A stretch of DNA of 64,000 nucleotides from Candidatus Moraniibacteriota bacterium (GCA_963778555.1 CAVZUR010000004.1:180151-244150); one strand, 5' to 3'. Shown: positions 20,510 through 31,085, counted from the first letter of the stretch. A program made the numbers and translations. Notes: generated by a model from the letters alone, not told the origin.

Positions 20510-21826
20510 TTACTCCCCTAACTTCCGCTCCTCCAGCGTGACAGTGATGTCCTTTTCTTCCCCTTTGTGGAGCACGCGGAGCTGGATGACATCGCCGACC
20601 TGATGCGATCCGATAAGATTGGCGAGCGGATGCTCACTATCTACTTTCTCTCCATCAATCTCAAGTATGATGTCATTTTCGACGAGCCCTGCTTTATCAG
20701 CGGGCGAGCCAGGAATCACAGCCAGGTCCGTAATAGTCTGCCCACGCTGAATCAATGCGCCCGATGTGACGGGGAGCCCCGCCTGCGCGGCGATTGCCTT
20801 ATCCAACAGGACATAGCGGACACCGAGGTAGGGAACTGCGATCTTGCCAGTCCGCTTCACTTCGTCCACCGCGCGCTTGATCTGATTCACCGGAATCGCG
20901 AAGCCAATATTTTCCGCGCCCTGGGCGACCGCAACATTGATTCCAATCACTTCGCTCGAGAGGTTCAGCAGCGGCCCACCGGAATTTCCCGGATTAATCG
21001 CCGCATCGGTCTGGATGATGTCGCGCAAAATCTCTTCTTGCCCGTACGAAACTCCTGCCGTGACTTGGCGTTTCAGGCCGGAAATGATGCCGCGCGAAAC
21101 GGAGTTTGCGAACTCACCAAGCGGGTTGCCGATCGCGATCGCTGTCTGCCCGACATGAATCGTCTCCGAATCACCGAGTATCAACGCCGGAAATCCCTCG
21201 CCATTCACTTTGATGACCGCGACATCGTTCACGGGATCGAGAGCGAGAACAGTGGCCGGAAATTCCTTGCCATCGCTGGTGATGACCGTATAGTCTGCTT
21301 TGGCATCCGAAACAACATGTTTATTCGTCACGATGTAGCCGTCCGCACTGACCAAAAATCCGGAACCATGACCGACTGTCTGTTTGGTCGATTCGCCCAC
21401 TGAATCTTCCGCGCTCGGAACATTGAACAACGGAAAACCAAACGGCGAGCGAAAGATATTCCGGACCTTCGGCACATCCTTGGAGATGACGATACTCACT
21501 ACGGCAGGCGATGCGCGCTCGACGACATTCACGATCGCCCGGTCCTCAAGGGGAACAGAAGAATCTGACTGAGTCTTTTGATCCGACAGACGAGACGACT
21601 CCGGCGTGAAAAGTGTCGCGATTACTGAAACCGAATCTAACCGCGCCATGTAGCCGCCCAAGAGCCCGAATACGAAGGCGAGGAGAATAATAGAAAACCA
21701 GGGAACACGCGGGCCGGAGGAAGGAATGGTCGGCGCAGACGGTGGGATGGGGTTTTCCAGAGTAGCTGTTTCTGGCGCGACGGCGCCGGACTCGGAAATC
21801 GGCGTGATCGGATTTTGGTTTTGCAT
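20510..21826 (-). CDS. htrA: HtrA/DegP-family serine protease with PDZ domain
   Basis: TNKHVV, DVAVIK, QTDAAINPGNSGGPL, PDZ. Confidence 0.93.
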   Translation of the reverse strand: MQNQNPITPISESGAVAPETATLENPIPPSAPTIPSSGPRVPWFSIILLAFVFGLLGGYMARLDSVSVIATLFTPESSRLSDQKTQSDSSVPLEDRAIVNVVERASPAVVSIVISKDVPKVRNIFRSPFGFPLFNVPSAEDSVGESTKQTVGHGSGFLVSADGYIVTNKHVVSDAKADYTVITSDGKEFPATVLALDPVNDVAVIKVNGEGFPALILGDSETIHVGQTAIAIGNPLGEFANSVSRGIISGLKRQVTAGVSYGQEEILRDIIQTDAAINPGNSGGPLLNLSSEVIGINVAVAQGAENIGFAIPVNQIKRAVDEVKRTGKIAVPYLGVRYVLLDKAIAAQAGLPVTSGALIQRGQTITDLAVIPGSPADKAGLVENDIILEIDGEKVDSEHPLANLIGSHQVGDVIQLRVLHKGEEKDITVTLEERKLGE

Positions 21827-21853
21827 AGGTGCGAGGTTACTGCGTTGGTGAGA

Positions 21854-22909
21854 TTAGAAGAGGAGACTCGGATCATTTTCCGCATTTTCACGGAACTTCT
21901 TTTCGAAATCCTTCATTTCAGCGGACCGGAATTCCACCCTCGCGGCCTCTCTCTGCCATTCGTACTCCTCAGAGAAAATCCGGATCGGCAGTCCTTTCAT
22001 CTGTTCCGCGATCCAATCAGTAAAACTCACCTTCCGGGTAAAAATCTGCCGGATATGGAACAGGCGCTGCTCGTTTTCAAGCTTCGTCTCTTCCACGAGG
22101 ACAATATGATACCCGAGCGGACTTTCGATGGTTCCGGTCGGAACTTTAATTTTCGCGTTGTCTACCGGTCCCCGAAGCTCAGGCGACAAATCCTCGAGCC
22201 GGAACCAGCCGAGCTCACCGCCATCAGCGCGTGTTTCACCCTCCGAGTAGCTGCGGACAACCTCGTCAAATGTCTTTTTGCTCTTCAGCGCCTTTTCTGC
22301 CTCCGCTATCCGCTCCTCCGCTTGCGTATGATCGACTTCTTTTTCGTAGGCGCTGTACAACGCTTCTTCATACAGAGCCGGACGGACAATCTTCTCTTGA
22401 AAATCAGCGATGCTCCAATTATAGAGACGGGCGAGCATCGCCTCAACCTTGTCGACCGTCCCCAATTCCTTCATCTTGTTCGTCGTTGCTTCCACCACTT
22501 GCTGGCTCGTCACGGCGATCCCCCGGTCGCGGGCCAAGAGTTCGATCACTTTGTCCTCGAGCATTTTATTAAGAAGGTCTTTTTCCCGCAGTTTGAGACG
22601 CTTCTGGCCATCAGGCGTTGTAAAATCGACGCGCATGCCGATCTGAGAAAAGTCTTGCGACTCATAGAAGTGACGGATAGCAGTTCGATTCTCTGCCAAT
22701 CCAGTGGTCGTCACGGCCACTCCCTGGCCGATAAAGATAATCGGGAAAGGAAAACGATTTGTGAAAAGACGTCCCAGGGCGCTCTCTGGCAGTTTATATA
22801 CGAGTATCAGCACGCCCAGAGCAAGCAAGACGAACAATATGATGGCCGCCAAGACCACTTTCGGCCAATGGGGAGTGAACGGTTTTATCGGGAGTCGCAC
22901 TTCAGCCAT
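21854..22909 (-). CDS. SurA/PrsA-like parvulin peptidyl-prolyl isomerase
   Basis: N-terminal TM, GGELGWF, IESPLGYHIV. Confidence 0.85.
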   Translation of the reverse strand: MAEVRLPIKPFTPHWPKVVLAAIILFVLLALGVLILVYKLPESALGRLFTNRFPFPIIFIGQGVAVTTTGLAENRTAIRHFYESQDFSQIGMRVDFTTPDGQKRLKLREKDLLNKMLEDKVIELLARDRGIAVTSQQVVEATTNKMKELGTVDKVEAMLARLYNWSIADFQEKIVRPALYEEALYSAYEKEVDHTQAEERIAEAEKALKSKKTFDEVVRSYSEGETRADGGELGWFRLEDLSPELRGPVDNAKIKVPTGTIESPLGYHIVLVEETKLENEQRLFHIRQIFTRKVSFTDWIAEQMKGLPIRIFSEEYEWQREAARVEFRSAEMKDFEKKFRENAENDPSLLF

Positions 22910-22931
22910 AAAGAGAAATACGTTTCATGAG

Positions 22932-23333
22932 TTAGCGTGGGCGCTCATTGAAGAACCGCGACCACCACTTGAGATAATTCGGTGTTTCCCAGGCGACTGT
23001 CCGTATGTCCGCCGTATCGGTCAGATCCGTGCTGTCTTTCTGCGAAAAGCGAGTCTCACCCTCGACGGATATCATTTCCTCTTCCTGACGCCGGAGTCCG
23101 AGCTTTTCCTTCGCTTCGCCTTCTTTGAAATTCGGTGAAGCGAAATACTGGATCTTCTCGGAAAGCGTCTCATTCTCACGTGCGACACGCTCGGCCTCGG
23201 TCCTGAGCACTGCGATTTCGTTCTCGATCCGAACGCTCCGCTCGTATTGACGCAAACTCGCCCAACCCGCTGCCGTGCCCGCTCCCAAGGCGATGACCAG
23301 CCCCAAGCGCAGCCATGGAGAACGCCAACGCAT
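22932..23333 (-). CDS. septum formation initiator (FtsB/DivIC family)
   Basis: TM, coiled coil, AKEKLGLRRQEE, C-terminal NYLKWW. Confidence 0.75.
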   Translation of the reverse strand: MRWRSPWLRLGLVIALGAGTAAGWASLRQYERSVRIENEIAVLRTEAERVARENETLSEKIQYFASPNFKEGEAKEKLGLRRQEEEMISVEGETRFSQKDSTDLTDTADIRTVAWETPNYLKWWSRFFNERPR

Positions 23334-23490
23334 ACGGCTAATAGAGGAAAAAAGGCGCGACGAGAAAGAGCACCATGGACAGCGCAACGAAGGCCGAAAT
23401 GACGACCCAGGCAAAATAAATCTTCTTGTGCCGTGATTTGAAGCTCATAGGCTGTTCCTCGGCCAGTATATCATAGCGCAAGCCGCTGAC

Positions 23491-24513
23491 TCAACGGTCG
23501 GGGCTGAGCTCGATAAAAGTATCACAGCGGTCACTGTGTCCCGCTATGAAATTCATGAGAATTTCTCGGACCTCCCGTCCATCATGGGTCCGCATCAGTT
23601 CCGCACGCATTTCCCGTGCACCAGAGAATCCGACGACATAGGCCTGGAAATGTTTTTTCAAAAGCTCAAAGCTTTTCGTCTTGCCCCAAGTTACTTCGAA
23701 CAGCTCCGTCAAAACGATAATCGCTTCCAGCCGCTCACGGACCGTAGCACGCGTCTTCGCTTCATCGAAAAGCCAAGGGTTGCCGAAGACTCCCCGCCCG
23801 AGCATGATCCCATCACAGCCGGTCGCTTCGACTTTCTCTCTCGCGTCCCGCATATCGGTCACATCGCCATTGCCGACTATGAGTGTACCGCTCCCCTTTG
23901 CCAGTTCGACTGCCTGAACCATCCGGTCCCAGTGCGCCGGGACAAGCGACTGTTCCTTCTTGGTCCGAAGATGCAGTATGATTGCCGCCGGCTTCACCTC
24001 CAAAATTTTTGGCAGCCACGTCCCCAGCTCATCCCGATTGTATCCGAGACGCGTTTTCACCGTGACCGGTATTGGTGCTCCGCCGTTGGCGCGCACGCCC
24101 TCCATCGCCGCGCGAATGACGGCTTGCGCCATTGCCGGGTCCTGCATACACGCCGCCCCGGCTCCCTGTTTCATAACATTCCGATCCGGACATCCCATAT
24201 TGATATCCAGCCCATCAAAACCGAGTTTTTTAATGAGCTTGGCCGCTTCAAACATGTTCTCCGGATAGCCGGTAAAGAGCTGAGCCACGATCGGCCGTTC
24301 ATTCTCGCCGAAGCGCAGGTCACGGAGAAGCGCTTCTCGGCCCTTCGGGTGGCATAAGCCATCGGCTGCGACGAATTCGGTCCACAGAACATCTGGTTTC
24401 CGATACTTCACGATGAATTGGCGGAAGCTGTAATCGGTGATATTTGCCAGTGGCGCCAATATAAAAAACGGTCGAGGCAACTTCGCCCAAAATCCAAGAT
24501 GGGGTGTTTCCAT
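23491..24513 (-). CDS. dus: tRNA-dihydrouridine synthase
   Basis: LAPLANITD, DINMGCP, VKTRLG, GNGDV, GRGVFGNPW. Confidence 0.93.
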   Translation of the reverse strand: METPHLGFWAKLPRPFFILAPLANITDYSFRQFIVKYRKPDVLWTEFVAADGLCHPKGREALLRDLRFGENERPIVAQLFTGYPENMFEAAKLIKKLGFDGLDINMGCPDRNVMKQGAGAACMQDPAMAQAVIRAAMEGVRANGGAPIPVTVKTRLGYNRDELGTWLPKILEVKPAAIILHLRTKKEQSLVPAHWDRMVQAVELAKGSGTLIVGNGDVTDMRDAREKVEATGCDGIMLGRGVFGNPWLFDEAKTRATVRERLEAIIVLTELFEVTWGKTKSFELLKKHFQAYVVGFSGAREMRAELMRTHDGREVREILMNFIAGHSDRCDTFIELSPDR

Positions 24514-24534
24514 AGTTTTCCTAGACTATCAAGA

Positions 24535-24588
24535 TTGACAGCTCCAATCAACATTGGTACTCTAAAGCAGACTTAATTAGTCCGCTTT
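24535..24588 (+). promoter_or_regulatory. suf operon promoter with probable Rrf2 operator
   Basis: TTGACA-N17-TACTCT (24535-24563) followed by the palindrome AAAGCAGACT-TAATT-AGTCCGCTTT (24564-24588). Confidence 0.7.
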
Positions 24589-24996
24589 ATGAAAGTATCA
24601 AAAAAGGCTTATTACGGGCTCCGCGCCGCCATCGCCCTCGCTCAGTCTGCTCACGGATTCTCCATCCATGCCTTGGCTGAATCCGAACATCTGCCGGAAG
24701 ACTATCTTGAAAAGATTCTCCAAGCCCTGCGCAAAGCTGGCCTCGTAGAAGCGACCAAGGGTGTCGCCGGTGGCTACACCCTGGCACGACCAGCCAAAGA
24801 TATGAGCGCCTGGGATATTCTCCGTGTCCTCGACGGACCGATCGAGATGTTTTCGCCACCCGTCACCGGTTCTCTTCCCTGCCTCCAGGTGAGCCACTGC
24901 CAATCGAACCAGGTCTGGCGAACCCTCGAAGAGAAGATCGAGCAAACGCTCTCCGAGATTTCGCTCGAGCACATTTCACAAACAATTTCCCGCTAG
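24589..24996 (+). CDS. Rrf2-family transcriptional regulator
   Basis: YGLRA, YLEKILQAL, GVAGGYTLA. Confidence 0.92.
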   Translation: MKVSKKAYYGLRAAIALAQSAHGFSIHALAESEHLPEDYLEKILQALRKAGLVEATKGVAGGYTLARPAKDMSAWDILRVLDGPIEMFSPPVTGSLPCLQVSHCQSNQVWRTLEEKIEQTLSEISLEHISQTISR

Positions 24997-24997
24997 T

Positions 24998-25714
24998 ATG
25001 CTCTCTATTCAAAACTTGTCCGTCTCGGTTGAAGGGAAGAAGATTATCGATAACTTTACGTTCACCTTCAATCCAGGCAAAACCTACGCCCTCATGGGTC
25101 CGAACGGATCCGGCAAATCGACTCTCGCGAGCGCCATTATGGGCCATCCACACTATCGCCTTTCGAGAAATGCGAGAATACTCATTGGAAAAAAGAATCT
25201 GAAACATCTCTCGCCTGATAAGCGTGCCGGTCTCGGTGTATTCCTCTCTTTCCAGACGCCGATGGAGCTCGCTGGTGTGACGGTCTTCGAACTGCTGCGC
25301 CTCGCGCTCGAGAAAACTATCGAACCCGTGAAGCTTCACGGGCTCGTGGCACAACACGCTAAGGAACTACATATCAAAGATGATCTCCTCAAGCGTTCGC
25401 TCAACGCTGGATTCTCCGGCGGTGAAAAAAAGAAACTCGAAGCGCTCCAGGCCGTTCTCCTCGCTCCACGCTTCGCTATTTTTGATGAGATCGATACTGG
25501 CGTCGATGTCGATGCTCTGAAGACTATCTTCAAGTTCCTCGCCCGACACCTCCCAAAAGAGACAACGCTCGTATTCATTACGCATTCTCCTCGGCTTCTT
25601 AAAGCAATCCATCCGGATAAGATTCTCGTGCTCCGTGATGGACGCCTAGTGAAGACCGGCACCGCGGCGCTTGCGAAACAGATCGAAGCCAGAGGGTTTG
25701 CCACGATTGCATAA
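24998..25714 (+). CDS. sufC: Fe-S assembly ATPase SufC
   Basis: MGPNGSGKST, GFSGGEKKK, DEIDTGVDVDAL. Confidence 0.95.
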   Translation: MLSIQNLSVSVEGKKIIDNFTFTFNPGKTYALMGPNGSGKSTLASAIMGHPHYRLSRNARILIGKKNLKHLSPDKRAGLGVFLSFQTPMELAGVTVFELLRLALEKTIEPVKLHGLVAQHAKELHIKDDLLKRSLNAGFSGGEKKKLEALQAVLLAPRFAIFDEIDTGVDVDALKTIFKFLARHLPKETTLVFITHSPRLLKAIHPDKILVLRDGRLVKTGTAALAKQIEARGFATIA

Positions 25715-25719
25715 CACCC

Positions 25720-27126
25720 ATGACTCTCCCCAACAAACAATCAGTCGATCTCGGAGACTATCGGTATGGCTTTGCGATGCCCGAACGCTCCGTCCACAAA
25801 ACGAGCGCCGGTTTGGACACAGCAACCGTCGCCGAAATCTCAGGCGTCAAGAATGAGAGGAAATGGATGCGTGATTTCCGCTTGCGCAGCTATCAGACCT
25901 TTCTCGAGAAACCGATGCCCAACTGGGGCGCCGACCTCTCCGGCATTGACTTCGATAAAATCACCTATTATCTGAAGGCCACATCCGAACAGTCGCAAAC
26001 CTGGGAAGACTTGCCGAAAGAAATCCGTGAGACTTATGACAAGATCGGCGTGCCGGAAGCGGAAAAGAATTTTCTCGCCGGTGTTTCCGCCCAGTACGAG
26101 TCTGAAGTCGTCTACGAGAGCGTCCATAAGGAGCTGACTAAGCTCGGCGTCGTCTTCTGTGATATGGATACGGCCGTGAAGAAATATCCGAAAATCGTGA
26201 AGGAATATTTCGGCACGCTCATTCCGCCTCACGACAACAAATTCGCCGCACTCAATTCCGCCGTCTGGTCGGGCGGCTCATTCGTTTATGTTCCAAAGGG
26301 CGTCAAAGTGGATCTTCCTCTCCAGGCATATTTCCGCATCAATGCCGAAGCGTTCGGACAATTTGAACGCACCCTCATCATCGCCGAAGAGGGCAGCTCG
26401 GTGCACTACATCGAAGGCTGCACCGCGCCGATCTATCGCTCGAGCTCACTTCACTCAGCGGTCGTCGAGATCTTCGTGAAGAAGAATGCGCGCGTCCGCT
26501 ATACCACTGTCCAGAACTGGTCCAAGAATATCTACAACCTCGTCACCAAACGTGCCCGGGCCGAAGAGAATGCCGTCATGGAATGGATCGATTGCAATAT
26601 CGGCTCGGGTGTCACCATGAAGTACCCAGCCGTCTACCTCGCCGGGCGTGGCGCTCGGGGCGAAGTCTTATCAATCGCCTACGCGGGCCGCGACCAGCAT
26701 CAGGACGCCGGAGCGAAAATGGTCCACCTGGCGCCCGATACCACCTCGCGTGTCGTTTCGAAGTCGATTTCCAAAGATGGAGGACGAACCTCGTACCGCG
26801 GACTGGTACACATCGCCCAGGGAGCGACGAATGCCAAAGCCTCAGTCGTTTGCGATGCGCTCCTCCTCGATGAACATTCGCGCTCCGATACGTATCCCAC
26901 GATGCGCATCCATGAAGCGACGGCTTCAGTCGAACACGAGGCGACCGTCGAACGGATCGGCGAAGAAAGACTTTTCTATCTCACTTCGCGAGGGATCACA
27001 AAGGGTGATGCCGAAGGACTCCTCGTCAACGGCTTCATCGACTCGGTCGCGAAGGAAATCCCGCTAGAATACTCGATTGAGTTGAACCGATTGATTAATT
27101 TAGAAATGAAAGGGTCAATTGGATAA
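25720..27126 (+). CDS. sufB: Fe-S assembly protein SufB
   Basis: AQYESE, GQFERTLII, EGCTAP, TVQNWS, SDTYP. Confidence 0.97.
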   Translation: MTLPNKQSVDLGDYRYGFAMPERSVHKTSAGLDTATVAEISGVKNERKWMRDFRLRSYQTFLEKPMPNWGADLSGIDFDKITYYLKATSEQSQTWEDLPKEIRETYDKIGVPEAEKNFLAGVSAQYESEVVYESVHKELTKLGVVFCDMDTAVKKYPKIVKEYFGTLIPPHDNKFAALNSAVWSGGSFVYVPKGVKVDLPLQAYFRINAEAFGQFERTLIIAEEGSSVHYIEGCTAPIYRSSSLHSAVVEIFVKKNARVRYTTVQNWSKNIYNLVTKRARAEENAVMEWIDCNIGSGVTMKYPAVYLAGRGARGEVLSIAYAGRDQHQDAGAKMVHLAPDTTSRVVSKSISKDGGRTSYRGLVHIAQGATNAKASVVCDALLLDEHSRSDTYPTMRIHEATASVEHEATVERIGEERLFYLTSRGITKGDAEGLLVNGFIDSVAKEIPLEYSIELNRLINLEMKGSIG

Positions 27127-27128
27127 CT

Positions 27129-27719
27129 ATGCGCTCATTCGATATCTCCGCCGATCGAAAAACAACCTATCGCCTCGCAGCCAACGAGCACGTAGTGTTT
27201 TTCATGCAGAATCGGACAGGAGCGATCACGATCGAACTCACAGGTCCGGGGGCCGCGGCCCATGTCTTCGCGCTCTATACTGGTGACGGCGACTCAAAAC
27301 AATCGCTCACTCTCACGCAAAAACATCTCGCGCCCGATACTACCTCCAGTGCGCTCATTAAAACGACACTCGCCGGAAGGGCATCGTTCCATTATGATGG
27401 CGCCATCCGGATTGCCAAACAGGCTCATCGCTCGGACGCCTCCCAAGAAAGTCGATCGCTGCTTCTGTCGACCGAAGCGCGAGCGTATTCCCGCCCATCG
27501 CTTGAGATTCTTGCTCACGATATCGCCTGTCATCATGCGGCAGCAACTGGTCCACTGAATGAAGAGGCGCTCTTTTTCGCCGAATCGCGCGGTCTGTCCC
27601 GGTCCGCTGCCAAAAAGCTCCTCGTGCAGGGATTTTTCCATGAAGCCTTCGGACGGATGGAAAAGCTCGGGATCGAGACGTCGCTGTTCGAGGAAAAGTT
27701 TGAACCCGCGACGGTCTAA
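27129..27719 (+). CDS. sufD: short SufD-like protein (C-terminal part only)
   Basis: PSLEI..DIACHHAA, LFFAESRG. Confidence 0.8.
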   Translation: MRSFDISADRKTTYRLAANEHVVFFMQNRTGAITIELTGPGAAAHVFALYTGDGDSKQSLTLTQKHLAPDTTSSALIKTTLAGRASFHYDGAIRIAKQAHRSDASQESRSLLLSTEARAYSRPSLEILAHDIACHHAAATGPLNEEALFFAESRGLSRSAAKKLLVQGFFHEAFGRMEKLGIETSLFEEKFEPATV

Positions 27720-27723
27720 ACCT

Positions 27724-28959
27724 ATGTTCGACCAAAAAACTCTGCGTCAAGATTTCCCGATCTACGAGAACCAGCCGAATCTGGTCTATCTCGACTCGGC
27801 TGCAACCGCCCTCAAGCCCAAAGTCATGGTCGACGCGATGAATCGTTATTACTTCGAATATTCGGCCAATGTTGCGCGCGGACTCTACCCTTTGGCCGAG
27901 GGCGCGACAGCGGCCCTGGAGGAAGCTCGAAGGACCGTGGCCCACTTCGTCCGGACTGAAAATATGGAGTCGGTCGTCTTCACCGCTAATGCGACTCACG
28001 GCATCAACGTTGTCGCACTTGGACTGGAACACCGTATCACTGCGCAACATAACATTGTCGTCACGGCACTCGAACACCACTCAAACCTCCTCCCCTGGAA
28101 AGAACTGGCCCGACGCACCGGGGCCGAATTCCGCAGTGCCAATTTCGATGCTTCCGGACTCATTGATATCGAGCATCTTGCTTCCCTCGTTGATTCACAC
28201 ACTGCCGTCGTGGCATTTTCTGCTGTTTCCAATGTGTTCGGCGCCGTGAATCCGGTAAAAAGTATTATTGGTCTGCTCCGTAAAAGGAGTCCCGAGACGC
28301 TCATCCTCATCGATGCCTGCCAAGCCGCCGGCCATATCGCCATCGATATTCGAGATTGGGATGCTGATTTCGTCGTTTTCTCCGGGCATAAGCTCTTCGG
28401 GCCAACTGGCATCGGCGTCCTCGCAGGAAAACAGCCGTCGCTCAACATACTCGCTCCGATGAATGTCGGCGGCGGAACGGTGCTCGATGCCTGCAGTCCG
28501 GTTGCTGAATACAAGAAACTCCCGGAAAACTTGGAAGGCGGTACGCCGAATATCGCCGGAGCGATCGGTCTGGCGGCAGCCATCGAGTATGTTGATTCGC
28601 TCGGCATCGGAGCGATCCACGCTCATGAGACAGCGCTGGTTCGCTATGCAATTGAGAAACTGATCGATACGTTCGGCAAACATATCCGCATTCTCGGAAC
28701 GACCGCTACAAGCAACCGGGTTGGCATCGTTTCTTTCTCGATCGACGGACTGCACCCGCATGATCTCGCCCACCTCCTCGGCGAAGAAGCGATCTGCGTC
28801 CGGGGCGGTGAACACTGTGCCTCCCCGCTCCACCGAGCGCTCCGCCTCTCTGCCACCACCCGCCTCAGCCTCTCCATCTACAACACCACGGCTGACATTG
28901 ATCGATTCGTTTCAGCAACGAAGAAAATCCATTCCATTTTCGCGCTCTCAAGCCTATGA
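27724..28959 (+). CDS. sufS: cysteine desulfurase
   Basis: YLDSAAT, EHHSN, FSGHKLFGPTGIG, RGGEHCA. Confidence 0.95.
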   Translation: MFDQKTLRQDFPIYENQPNLVYLDSAATALKPKVMVDAMNRYYFEYSANVARGLYPLAEGATAALEEARRTVAHFVRTENMESVVFTANATHGINVVALGLEHRITAQHNIVVTALEHHSNLLPWKELARRTGAEFRSANFDASGLIDIEHLASLVDSHTAVVAFSAVSNVFGAVNPVKSIIGLLRKRSPETLILIDACQAAGHIAIDIRDWDADFVVFSGHKLFGPTGIGVLAGKQPSLNILAPMNVGGGTVLDACSPVAEYKKLPENLEGGTPNIAGAIGLAAAIEYVDSLGIGAIHAHETALVRYAIEKLIDTFGKHIRILGTTATSNRVGIVSFSIDGLHPHDLAHLLGEEAICVRGGEHCASPLHRALRLSATTRLSLSIYNTTADIDRFVSATKKIHSIFALSSL

Positions 28960-29321
28960 GCCTGTATCAAGACCGGATTCTCGACCACTATCGCAACCCC
29001 CGAAATCAGGGGGCCATGGAAGGAGCCGCCTATCGGGCCGATGCCCGAAACCCCGCCTGCGGCGACTCGCTCCACATGGACATCGCTGTGAGTCATGGTA
29101 CTATTTCTGATGTGAGGTTTAACGGATCTGGCTGCGCAATCTCTCAAGCCTCGGCATCGCTCCTAACCGAGCAGGTGAAGGGAAAACGGGTGGTTGAAGC
29201 GCTGGCCTTGGAACCGCAGAGCGTGCTCGAACTCCTTGGTGTGACGCTCTCGCCCGCGCGGCTGAAATGCGGTCTCCTCTCGCTCGAAACGTTGAAGAAG
29301 GCGCTAATACATAAGCAATAA
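28956..29321 (+). CDS. sufU: SufU/IscU-like scaffold
   Basis: ILDHYRNPRN, NPACGD, GCAISQAS, RLKC. Confidence 0.93.
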   Translation: MSLYQDRILDHYRNPRNQGAMEGAAYRADARNPACGDSLHMDIAVSHGTISDVRFNGSGCAISQASASLLTEQVKGKRVVEALALEPQSVLELLGVTLSPARLKCGLLSLETLKKALIHKQ

Positions 29322-29327
29322 ACAAGT

Positions 29328-29597
29328 ATGGCCTGGAAGAATGATGAGAAACCGGCAGGACCGGTCGCACTGACCAATGGATGGACCGTCGAGGTTGACC
29401 AGAATGTCTGCATCGGCGCTGCGCCCTGCACCGCGATGGCGCCCAACACCTTCGCGCTCGACGATAACGGCAAGGCCGCCATCCTCTCGACAGCTGATAC
29501 TGATGACCAGGAAACCATATTGAATGCCGCTCGCGGCTGCCCCGTCGGCGCCATCCGCATCCGGGATGCAGCCGGTAAGCAGATTTTCCCGGAATAA
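29328..29597 (+). CDS. ferredoxin (probably [3Fe-4S])
   Basis: CIGAAPC...CP (CxxAxxC). Confidence 0.88.
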   Translation: MAWKNDEKPAGPVALTNGWTVEVDQNVCIGAAPCTAMAPNTFALDDNGKAAILSTADTDDQETILNAARGCPVGAIRIRDAAGKQIFPE

Positions 29598-29656
29598 TTC
29601 CCGCGCGAGAACGATTGGGAATCGGGCTCCTCCCTGATTCCCTTTTTCTTCCCTCT

Positions 29657-29980
29657 ATGCCGAGAACTGCCAATAATAAATTAATCGAGGCGCAGGTACG
29701 GGAGAAGCTTCATCTCGTCCTTGATCCTGAGCTCGGCATTTCCATTGTCGAGCTGGGTTTGATTTACGGCATCACGGTCGATACCGATAAGAAATGCACC
29801 ATCACCATGACACTGACCACCATGGGCTGTCCCCTCTTCGGCCAGATCCAGAAAGAGATCGAGGATCGCGTTATGGAACTCGAAAGAGTAGAGGATGTCG
29901 AAATAACGCTTACCTTTGATCCACCCTGGACAATCGAGAAAATGACGCCCGAAGCGAAAATCCAGCTCGGCCTCGACTAG
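29657..29980 (+). CDS. DUF59/SufT Fe-S maturation protein
   Basis: DPELGISIVELGLIY, MTLTTMGCP, FDPPW. Confidence 0.92.
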   Translation: MPRTANNKLIEAQVREKLHLVLDPELGISIVELGLIYGITVDTDKKCTITMTLTTMGCPLFGQIQKEIEDRVMELERVEDVEITLTFDPPWTIEKMTPEAKIQLGLD

Positions 29981-29983
29981 CTT

Positions 29984-30214
29984 CTACGGATGGCCACTCC
30001 CCACGACCTTCCAGCGATTCCCATCGGCTACGCACATTTGAGCAGTATTAGCGTGCTGGGAACATTCTTTGAGTGTAGAGTATGCTGTGCCGAATCGAAG
30101 TCGAATTGGTTGTAAGACTTGCAGTTTGATGAGCATCAGCAGAAGGAAAAGAACGACAACTGGAACACCGATGAGAAAGAGGGCCTTGAACGGATTACTT
30201 TTTCTGCTTTCCAT
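29984..30214 (-). CDS. small membrane-anchored hypothetical protein
   Basis: 76-aa ORF with one TM and two Cys. Confidence 0.55.
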   Translation of the reverse strand: MESRKSNPFKALFLIGVPVVVLFLLLMLIKLQVLQPIRLRFGTAYSTLKECSQHANTAQMCVADGNRWKVVGSGHP

Positions 30215-30227
30215 AGTCTAGATCTGC

Positions 30228-31085
30228 CTAGCGGTAAGAATCGATAAGCTTGGCAAGTTTCGCTGAGTCTGGCTTTTTCATATACAACGGCTCGTTCCCC
30301 TCACGGACCACCGTTTCATAGCTCGGGCGGCCGGCTTCTTGGTATAAAACGCCGAGCGCCATCCGCTCCTGGTTCAAGGCGAGGGTGAGCGCCTTCACTT
30401 TATCGCTTCGGTCATGGTCAGCACCGAGATAATAGGTGTGATCCTTGAACCATTGGAAGGTATTCTGCTTGTTGAAAACGACGCAGGGCTGGAAGACATC
30501 GACGAGCGCATAGCCTTTGTGTTGTATCGCTGCCTTCACGATCTCTTTCGCCTGCGGAATATCACCGGAAAATGCCCGGGCCACAAACGTCGCACCGGCC
30601 GCGAGAGCAATGGCCATCGGATTGAACGGCTCGAGCATGACGCCGTCCACCTGCACCGGCGTCTTCATCCCTTTTTCGGTCGTCGGTGACGCCTGGCCCT
30701 TGGTCAGCCCGTAAATCATGTTGTTATGGACGATATTGGTGATATCGGGATTGCGCCGTATGGCGTGGAGGAAATGATTACCCCCCTCACCATAGGTATC
30801 TCCATCGCCACTTTCCGCAATGACGGTCAGTTTGGGATTCGCGATTTTGATGGCCGTCGCCGGCGGCAACGCCCGCCCATGCAGTCCATTGAAATAATGA
30901 ACCCGGAGATAGTGCGGCGTCTTGGCCGCCTGACCGATGCCCGAACAGATGACGACGTCGGTCGGTCGGATATCCATCTCGGCCAAGACGCCCTTCATGA
31001 TATTCAAAATCGGGAAATTCCCACATCCTGGGCACCAGGCCATATCCGTCCCATGCGGCATGTCGTAAAGCTTCTTGTCGATCAT
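30228..31085 (-). CDS. 2-oxoacid:ferredoxin oxidoreductase beta subunit
   Basis: [28 protein letters not shown]. Confidence 0.95.
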   Translation of the reverse strand: MIDKKLYDMPHGTDMAWCPGCGNFPILNIMKGVLAEMDIRPTDVVICSGIGQAAKTPHYLRVHYFNGLHGRALPPATAIKIANPKLTVIAESGDGDTYGEGGNHFLHAIRRNPDITNIVHNNMIYGLTKGQASPTTEKGMKTPVQVDGVMLEPFNPMAIALAAGATFVARAFSGDIPQAKEIVKAAIQHKGYALVDVFQPCVVFNKQNTFQWFKDHTYYLGADHDRSDKVKALTLALNQERMALGVLYQEAGRPSYETVVREGNEPLYMKKPDSAKLAKLIDSYR

